A stretch of 58,932 nucleotides of DNA, the filler included, from Catajapyx aquilonaris (lineage: Eukaryota): NCBI GenBank assembly GCA_000934665.2. It is 3 parts of 3 records of this genome, joined end to end, with 100 filler letters (N's around TTAATTAATTAA, not from the genome) between each part and the next. Parts side by side here need not be neighbours in the genome. Positions count along the whole stretch, not along the records: positions 39,705 to 58,932 come from JYFJ02006506.1; 2 more parts are not named here. One strand, written 5' to 3'. Position numbers and translations under genes: made by a program. Under the pieces are notes generated by a model. It did no database searches. It was not told the origin of the DNA and saw nothing but the letters and a program-made list of their open reading frames with translations. How positions within the stretch are numbered: position 1 is the stretch's first letter; each line of letters starts with the position of its first letter. This document shows, in pieces, positions 50,301-58,932 of this stretch.

Positions 50301-53300
50301 GATCAAGACGAGCCAGGATCTGGCCGCAAATTTCCTTCAAGCCGCAGGAGAAGATTATGAATGCTACAAGAAGAAGTACATAGTGGCCGCCGACTTTAGT
50401 GGCATTGCAAGCAGACAAGAGTCTATCACCGCCATATACGGTATAAGTGCAACACACGGAGCTGGAATTTCCATTAATTTAGTCATCAATGCCATCCTGA
50501 AGAACGAACTTGGTAAAGATCACTTAATAACGACTCTCAACGATCCATTCCCAGCATATACCATGGTTAGTCTTTCGATGCTTTATACTGAAATAATAAG
50601 GGACGGTATAAAATTCTTCATACTGTGATGAGTTCATACCGAGGAATTATTCCTATTTGTTTCAGGGGCGCCTTATTAGCCCAGTACCTCTCGTCATTAT
50701 TATCATGTTGTGAATTGTGTTTTTTTTGGTCATTTAGTGGGCCTAATCTTCTTTATGGCCTTTTCCCACAGGAGAGACAATTTATAGGTCTCCTAGGAGA
50801 GCGTAATCTTGTCCTCTACAATGTGCAGTTTTCAATTTACTTGTTCATCGGTTTGGCACTTCTGGTTTCGTCTTTCGTTGCGTTTCCAATCCAAGAAACC
50901 GTCTCGAAATCCAAGCAGCTCCAGTTGATGACTGGTGTCTCGCCACTTCTCTACTGGTTGACATTTCTACTTTGGGACATGGTCATATATCTCATAACTG
51001 TGTGTCTCATGCTGATTTGCCTCGTCGCTGTGGACAGCCGTGGTACATACACTACAGAAAATGGACTAGGTAGTGTACGCTACCGTCTGTTCTAGTCTAT
51101 TAGCAATAATAATTAACATAATTATACCGTACTTCTGACATAAAAAATATCTCACACATTTTTCAGTAAGTGAATTATAATTTTGGTGTACTATAATAGT
51201 CCCGGCCCTAAGCGTCTTAACCTTGCACTTTGTGATAAAAAGGTGCCACTTGGCACATATGTTCCCTATAGGTCTATAGGAGTCGTTTGAGAGATGGAGG
51301 CACTTGATCGGCTCCTTAGGTCAGGAGTTATGCGGTGTTGCCAACCTGGTCCTGGACCTCGGCGTTTTGAGCAATGTTTAACTTTGCATTTTGGGATAAG
51401 GTGCCACTTGGTAAATATGTTCCTTAGGCGTATAGGAGCAATTTCAGAGTTGCAGGCAACTGATCGGTGCCTTTGGTCACGAGTTTTGCGGTGTAGCCAA
51501 CCTGATCAGGGAACTAAGCGTTTTAACTCGGCACTTTGTGATGAGAAGGTGCCACTTGGCAGACATGTTCCCTAGGTCTATAGGAGTCGTTTGAGAGATG
51601 GAGGCACTTGATCGGCTCCTTAGGTCGGGAGTTATGTGGTGTTGCCAACCTGGTCAGGCTCAAAAAATGGCAACCTCGTAAATGTCGGATAAAACCTTAT
51701 TAAAATGGCATAGAATGATACAGATCCCCTCTGCCTAAGTATTACAAGGTAATGAGGTGACACCTATCCACAAAGCACCCTGAATATAGCGAAAATGTGT
51801 CACTTGCGTAATTTTCTGGAAACTAGTGTATATGTGGATGGCATTCAATGGTATTTTTCATCCTTTTTGGCGGGTATAAACCTAAAGGACCTCATGCATT
51901 AAGCATACGGTACTAAAAAGGATCCCAAAATTGATTTCTTCGTGCTTCGGATATGTTGTTGGGGGTGGCGAGTAGGCCCCGTGTGCAAAAGGAGCGGCCT
52001 CGATTGGCCGCGGTTAGGCTTGTAGGCCGGTCACGTGACCTACCCTTTACAAAATCACCACGCCCAAACGACTTTGATTTAAGAAATGATTTTTGGCATG
52101 GGGGTATATCTAGCCTGGTACTATCTAACGCTACGATAGAATTCCATCTAGCTCGTCTCTGATTGGCCGAAATAGACAACGAGTGAAAAAGAAGTTTAAA
52201 GTGCTCTCCCCATCCTCCTGGCAGGCCTGTGAGGCCATGGCGGACGCGGACGGGGCAACGTCGCTTTCAGAGGGCAGAGGACGAGGGAGGAGCCTAACAG
52301 GCCAGGACTCGTGAATCGCATAATATTCACCGAAGACCTTCGTCATGTTATTTTTAGATTCACGAACTCCAAGAATGCCTCAAAATAGTATAAAAGGTGG
52401 GTAGTAGTACATTTGTGTGAATTATAAGGGCGGTGTTTGGTTGTTACTAAATAAAATATAGCGGTCCACGGATAGAATTGTCTGATTTTTTAATATGGTG
52501 TAAAACTTCTTTGGAGCTGTCAAATAAGGTATACGTCATGTTGGGCGGGCAGCATTAAATTGGTAAAAAGGCCACTTCTTTTTCACTCGTTGTCTATTTC
52601 GGCCAATCAGAGACGAGCTAGATGGAATTCTATCGTAGCATTAGATAGTACCCGGCTAGATATACCCCCATGCCAAAAATCATTTCTTAAATCAAAGTCG
52701 TTTGAGCGTGGTGATTTTTTAAAGGCTAGGTCACGTGACCGGCCTACAAGCCTAACCGCGGCCAATCGAGGCCGCTCCTTTTGCACACGGGGCCTACTCG
52801 CCAGTGGCGGAGCCAGGAGGGTGCTAGGGGGTGCGCAAGCACCCCTTTGAATAACCTCCGCACCCCCTTTCGCACACCTAAAAACGTGTCAAATAAAAGA
52901 GCAATTATTTTTTAAATGTTCAGTACACATTTTCCGTCCGGCACTTTAATGCATATGTAACAGTACACTACAGGGTAATATACAGGGAGCATATCACATG
53001 GTGAGCCCGTAACCACTAACCAGGCATGGGCGAATCTGACTTAACAGGCAAACTGCGATCCATCATTATTGCAGAACCCAGGAGGCGGGGGAGGCCGGGA
53101 GGTGNTACACGCACCGCACCGCTCCGGACCTCCGGTGTCGCCCTCTCATCCTGGGATGGTTGGGACGGGTCCACCAGATGCAACAACCCATCTGGAGAAA
53201 CAGGCATCGGAAGGAGGGCAGTTGTACGATTTATGAAGCTCGTTAGAACGATCGCGGGGTATAAGTCCTGCTCAAAGGTAGAGGTCAGGATTCCTTCACC

Positions 53301-56300
53301 TAGAAGTGACACTTGACAAATCACGGTACTTCGTTCCTGTTCCTAATGGCGAACCTTTGCTGGAATAATAATAATAATGGACACAATAATAAATTACAAA
53401 AAAATTAAACAATCCCGGGTACTTTTATGGACGTCTCTTTTTTTCCATTTCGGAAAACAAATACGAATCTCCTGGTGACGGAAACATTTGCATACCGTAC
53501 GTGATTCGTGCCAGATATGTCACAAATAGCGCCAGCATAATATTACTATTACACTGAAGACACTATCATGCTCGCGCTAGCCCCAGCATGATAGGGTTAA
53601 TTTTTTGTCTTCAGCACGAATCACGTATGCGAATGTTTCCGCAGTGTTCCCAACACCAGGAGATTCATATTGTTGGCAGAAATGCAAAGAGACGTCCATA
53701 AAAGTACCCGGGATTGTTTAATTTTTTTGTTATTTATTATTGTGTCCATTATTATTATTATTCCAGCAAAGGTGCGCCATTAGGAACAGGAACGAAGTAC
53801 CGTGATTTGTCAAGTGTCACTTCTAGGTGAAGAAATCCTGACCTCTACCTTTGAGCAGGACTTATACCCCGCGATCGTTCTAACGAGCTTCATAAATCGT
53901 ACAACTGCCCTCCTTCCGATGCCTGTTTCTCCAGATGGGTTGTTGCATCTGGTGGACCCGTCCCAACCATCCCAGGATGAGAGGGCGACACCGGAGGTCC
54001 GGAGCGGTGCGGTGCGTGTACCTCAAAGCCAAAGTTTGCTTGAAACATGGCCTTTTCGAGTCTCCCCCCCCCACACACACACACCTCCCGGCCTCCCCCG
54101 CCTCTTGGGTTCTGCAATAATGATGGATGGCAGTTTGCCTGTTAAGTCAGATTCGCCCATGCCTGGTTAGTGGTTACGGGCTCACCATGTGAGTTGGTCC
54201 CCACGGAAAGACGCAAGTGTCAGGCAGTTGGTGTGGTGGAGTCGAGGGTTGCACACTTCCAAAAGAAATGTGTATACAGACGAGTCTTCTGGAGTTTTTC
54301 GGAGTTTGCCTGGAGTTTATCAGGAGTTTCGTTTTGTTGAAGTGTACGCATAGTTTCTCGAGTGCACAAGTCCTGCTGGGGAGGAGCGACAGACAGACAA
54401 TGGGGAACTAGCCTTCATTTTGAAAACTACATAATAAATTCGCCCATATTTTTTGGATTTTTTTGGCATATTCCGTTTTAAGATATCAGTTCCCGTTCCG
54501 GAGTAATTTGGGTTTTTATGTAGGGAAATGGTGACGTCACTGTTTCCCTAGAAAATGTTGCCGTCACGCGAAGTGAAATGAACGCAAAAATGGTGTTATA
54601 GAACGCGCCCCGTCATTGTTGTAAAATGCTTCGCTGTGGTTAGCAACCGTCCCATTCCGTGAGCAAGATAGCGGCCGGGGCGCGTTTTTACTTCACGCCG
54701 CTCAATCAGCTAAGGGGCCGGCAGTGGTGCCAACTGGCAGGAATCATCTGTCACCCGAATTCGGGCACATGAAGGCCCCCTTTTCTCCACCTCGATGGCC
54801 TACAGCCGCCTTGCGAATGCTTCCCGTCGTGTCCGCGGTTAATTCAAAGTCAAATTCCTCATATCTCGCAGTCAACCAGGCATTTCAGTGTACCCTTTCG
54901 ATTGGCAGCGGCGTTTTTCCCGCCAATTTTGAAGGCACTTTTAAATGTGCCGTAATTTATCCAGTAATGTCATTTTGATGCAACAGAGTGATGGAATGTA
55001 TGTTTACAGGCATGGGCTAGCTAGTTATGAACAAAAATCCCAAATCCCAGACCAAGGCTAGTTCCCCATTGATTTGGTTGGCAAGGTTTGTTCCCCTTTT
55101 CCTTGTTTTGTATTATTTTTCAATTGAATTAATTGATTTTTATCCCTGCCCCCGGCCCGCCTTCCCCGCCACCCATGGGTTGGGAACCGCATCCTTCCTA
55201 AGGTAATACCTTTATAATTGATATTAAGGAGGTTGGCCCAGCATTGCCCCTAAGGTAATACCGGACGGGAAGGGGGGGGGATACAGCGGAGATTGACTAA
55301 TTGAAGCAGTGGGGGGGGGGGCGGTGACCCCCCCCCACTCGCCCCGAAATGTTTGAAATAGCATTATAAATTACTAATTCATGATTTTTTTAAAAAGTGC
55401 TACCAATTTCATGAAATATACACCCATTCACATTTCCCATATTCACCTGAATTCGTGTGACCTTGAACCCCAAAAAAAATTCCGCGTGCGGCGGGCTTTC
55501 TCGCCGCCCCGCCCGTGAAGTTCGAGCCCCCTATCCGCACCCCTTGATATCTGAGGCTGGCTCCGCCACTGCTACTCGCCACCCCCAACAACATATCCGA
55601 AGCACGAAGAAATCAATTTTGGGATCCTTTTTAGTACCGTATGCTTAATGCATGAGGTCCTTTGGATTTGGAGGGAGGGGGAGAACCTCGTTCCAAACAA
55701 ATAAATGAATCATCCAAAAAAACAGTTAGAGTTTGTTTGGACCGTGCACATTCAATATATTGGTGGTAAGCTGCAGAATATATCAATCAAATGCACTGTC
55801 CAAAGTAAGTAACTTGTGTTCTTTATGGAGTTTCTATGAACGTTGCTATTTCTTACTACTTTGAGGAACTGTCTGCAACCTGCCGTAGGTATCGGATATG
55901 CACTTCCAATGAGAGAATGCCTACTAAAGTGGTGACTGGCACTTCCCGTGCTGTGTGGGAAAATGACTTTCAGGTGGATTGGGATCTCTGTATCTTATGC
56001 CAAAATCATACGCTCGAAAAAATTATGGGTCTGTCAGACAGGCGTTCCGTTCGCTCGCCTCGAAAATGTCGCTGCGATCGCTGTGCCCAAACTTGTCAGA
56101 CATGCGCTGACTCTGTCGTAGGGTTTAGCAGGAGAAGTGAAAGGCGACCTCGCCTCGGGGGACAAGTGGATCAAGATGGCAGGGGTGGTTGGGGTGGGCA
56201 GCTGGGGGGAAAAAGGTCTCGGCCAATCGGAGCCCGACGAGCCGCTGGAGGAGAACGCAGCGAGAGGGTCCTGCTTAGCTGCGTCACCCACAAAATCCCC

Positions 56301-58932
56301 CAATTTCCTCGACCGACGAGGCCCCCAGGGCACAGCGGGGCGCAGCGCTCGCCTGTGTGACCCATGCGCGCGAAGCGAGCGGGGCGACGAAGCGCACGTA
56401 AAGGCCAATTCACAGAAAAATGTCGCGCGGCAAACGGCGCGCGTTGCGGCAAATTTATTATTTATATTTATTATTGCCAACAATTGGCAACAATAAATAT
56501 AAATAAACAAATTTCCGCAACGCGCGCCGTTTGCCGCGCGACATTTTTTTGTGAAATGGCCTTAACGCCTGTCTGACAGACCCATTATACCCATATTACA
56601 GATCCAGACAAAAATCCTAGAGCCAACAAGTTTGCTGGTTATAAGTCGCTGGCCTCCGTTTTGACAGCACTGCAAGACATAAGGCAGTTGTCATCCTTGC
56701 CATTTAAGGTTAATATGACTGAACTGGATGACGGTTCAGGCGTACTTGAAACATTGATAGAGAAAAAAGCAAAGTATCATCCCAGCTAGCTGTAAGATGT
56801 GGTGCTCTGAGAGTCAACTTGCCAGAGTCAAAAAGAGGTCACATAATCCAGATGAAGGCAAGCATTCACCTGTACCTGTGAAAACTCGACGTTCTAGTGG
56901 TGCTTTTGATAAGGCAAAGTGTATTTTCTGCAATGGTCCTGCTACATGGAACAGTACCCTCTCCAGAATTTCAACTTCAAACGCCAGCAGTAAAATAATA
57001 AAGTGTGCGGATAAATAATAATAAAATGCGGATGCAAGAAATTGTGCATGGTGGAGTGCAAGTGTAAAAAAGCTAATTTGCCGTGCACAGAATTTTGCCA
57101 GTGCGGTGGCCGTTGTCAATGGGATATTAGTTAATGTATGTTACACGTATCATGTATAAAGTACAGTTGTTTGTTTGTTTGATTCCTTATTTACAACATT
57201 CGAGAAGTTGAAGTAGAGTTCTAAGAAATGTTCCAGTGTCTCTTTGTGATATCAGAATGACTTTAAGCCATCTCTCAAACGACGCCTACAGACCTAGGGA
57301 ACATAATATGTGCCAAGCGGTACCTTCTTATCACAAAATGCAACATTAAAAACGCTCAGGTCATCCCCGGCCATGTTGGCAACACCGCATAACTCGTGAC
57401 CTAAGGGGCCGATCAGTTGCCTGCAACTCTGGAATTGCTCCTATAGGCCTATTGGCGTCAAGCCCTTTGCATAGGCTACAGCATCCCATTATCACATCAA
57501 TATGCCAAATTTAAGTACCAAGTTCCAAGTACTGTACAAGGACGGACCCTCCCTTCCAGAATTGTTTATTTTTAATTGCCATTCGGTAACTAAAACGGGC
57601 GTTGCTCATTTCAGGCACTGTCTTCCTGTTGTTATCTGCATTCGGCTGGGCTGGAATAACAGTCTCTTACTTGACAAGTTTCTACGCCAAAACAGTCGCT
57701 GGAGGATATGCCCTTGTCGCCTTTCTTCATGTACTCATTGGTATGAAAGTATTGGATTTTAACCTTCGGTTGCTTTTGAGCACATCATCACATAAGTGGT
57801 ATTCTCAGTAGTGCTGGACAATATAATTATTATTATTACATATATTAAGCAAATCGACAGGAATGCAAGTTATGCATGATCAGTCCAAAAAAATTAATTC
57901 GTTTATTTTTACCTCGATTCTAACAGGTATATATGGTGCATTGCAAGTATATGCGCTGCATCTTATGCATTATGCCCAGCAGACGACACGACGGGAAGAG
58001 CTGACACAGGACACATCGGCAGTTGGCCTTGAGTTGATTCTGCTAATATTCCCAGCCTTTCCAGTATGTTACGGATTGCTGCAGTTCTCGTTCTCCGCGA
58101 CCTTCGCCAACGAATGTAGCTATCCTGGGAGAGATGCCATGAAAGAAGCATGCTTAAATACACAACAAATTAGTGACCAGAAGATGTTGGCGTGTTGTGG
58201 TAAGCGTGTGAAAAAAAGCACCTAAATGATTCAAAATAATTATGTTATTATCCTCATTTCATTTGCAGTAAGCATATGCAAACCTGATGGAACCTGCAAT
58301 GTGCCAATGAATTATATCACCTGGAATATAAAGCGCAGCAATGAGCAAATTCCATATACGGGTAATAGCACATATGGTGTTGGAAGAGCCATATTTTCCC
58401 TGATGCTGGATGGATGCATATATTTGGGATTAATTTTACTCCTGGAGAGTGGAATCCTGCAGCAGGCCTGCAATACGGCATCCTCTCGACGGATTGCAAT
58501 AACGGGCTCATCAATTCTGGATGAAGACGTTCGAAATGAAAACGCCAAGGTCAAAAGGCTACGTATGTATAAGTAACAATTTTCAGGCGGAAAGTGATTC
58601 AGAAATCTATAAAAACTCACGAGTTTTTATAGATTTCTGAATCAATGTGTAAAGTCATTATACGTATTATTGCTTCATGCAAAGAACGGTAGTTAAATCA
58701 CGCATCGAGTAATATTATGAGAATTTCAGTCAGTGACATTTTTTTCAGCCCTCGGTACGAGAACTTTTGTAGTGAAGGATTTGTCCAAAAGATTTCTAGA
58801 CTTCATAGCAGTGAGGAATGTGAGTTTCGCCATCAAGGACTGCGAATGTTTCGGATTGTTGGGAGTGAACGGCGCCGGAAAGACCACGACGTTCAGGATG
58901 CTGACCGGAGATGAGACACCGACCAGTGGCAA
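44311..58932 (+). CDS. ABCA3: Full-type ABC transporter subfamily A (ABCA3-like), about 22 exons visible, running off the window inside NBD2
   Basis: N-terminal [42 protein letters not shown]1 GHNGAGKT (~48115), [53 protein letters not shown]2 [16 protein letters not shown] (~58850). Large intron at 51070-57614. The symbol denotes family resemblance; orthology is not shown. Confidence 0.93.
52802..55571. mobile_element. Non-autonomous hAT element
   Basis: TIRs CAGTGGCGGAGCCAG and CTGGCTCCGCCACTG, with an exact 8-bp TSD CTACTCGC at 52794-52801 and 55572-55579. Confidence 0.9.
52994..54192. repeat. ~500-bp-arm inverted repeat inside the hAT element
   Basis: TCACATGGTGAGCCCGTAACC... and ...GGTTACGGGCTCACCATGTGA; this yields the mirror ORFs 53016- and 53802+. 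Confidence 0.85.
56026..56584. mobile_element. PIF/Harbinger-like MITE containing a second nested MITE (56402-56562)
   Basis: Outer: TTA|TGGGTCTGTCAGACAGGCGTT ... AACGCCTGTCTGACAGACCCA|TTA. Inner: TAA|AGGCCAATTCACA ... TGTGAAATGGCCT|TAA, a hairpin. Both have 3-bp TWA TSDs. Confidence 0.75.

Larger units (their letters stand above)
51884..55663. mobile_element. Long-TIR (~310 bp) non-autonomous element whose right arm is split by a hAT insertion
   Basis: 51884-52195 is the reverse complement of 52574-52801 plus 55580-55663. Confidence 0.85.
51200..57452 (+). mobile_element. Degraded outer DNA transposon (possibly Academ-like) with subterminal ~150-bp tandem repeats and a coding remnant
   Basis: Tandem units containing AAGGTGCCACTTGG at 51200-51660 recur inverted at ~57285-57452. 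The remnant [59 protein letters not shown] lies at 55970-57018. Confidence 0.5.

Noticed and set aside
51200..51660. Regularly spaced repeats resembling a CRISPR array
   Set aside because: The whole ~150-bp units are similar, there are no unique spacers or cas genes, and the context is a eukaryotic intron.
53016..54170. Pairs of near-identical ORFs on opposite strands (also 3843/4081, 36713/38231 and 51913/52560)
   Set aside because: By-products of inverted repeats, with no protein motifs.

Overview
Eukaryotic, intron-rich invertebrate DNA, probably an arthropod (a TTAGG repeat, many 50-90 nt GT-AG introns, SINEs and MITEs). The window is three pieces joined by artificial 100-nt spacers (44 N + TTAATTAATTAA + 44 N, at 19300-19399 and 39605-39704), so adjacency across those spacers is not evidence. 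Piece 1 (1-19299) holds a head-to-head inverted duplication of a signal-peptide EndoU/XendoU gene: the + copy is open as far as the gap, while the - copy has lost exon 2 and is frameshifted. It also holds three small spliced genes I cannot assign to a family, which the ORF track largely misses: a 77-aa Gly/His-rich antimicrobial-peptide-like precursor, a 121-aa secreted precursor, and the 3' exons of a protein with a hydrophobic tail. Piece 2 (19400-39604) is a same-strand cluster of three, probably four, divergent genes for secreted, apparently GPI-anchored, 12-Cys helical-domain proteins (DUF19-like), including a 507-aa two-domain member with a KKR linker. Piece 3 (39705-58932) holds tandem ABCA transporter genes: the 3' end of one, a dead duplicated last exon, and most of a second whose 6.5-kb intron is a nest of DNA transposons. 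All gene models were spliced and translated by eye; family names rest on motif recognition, not database searches.
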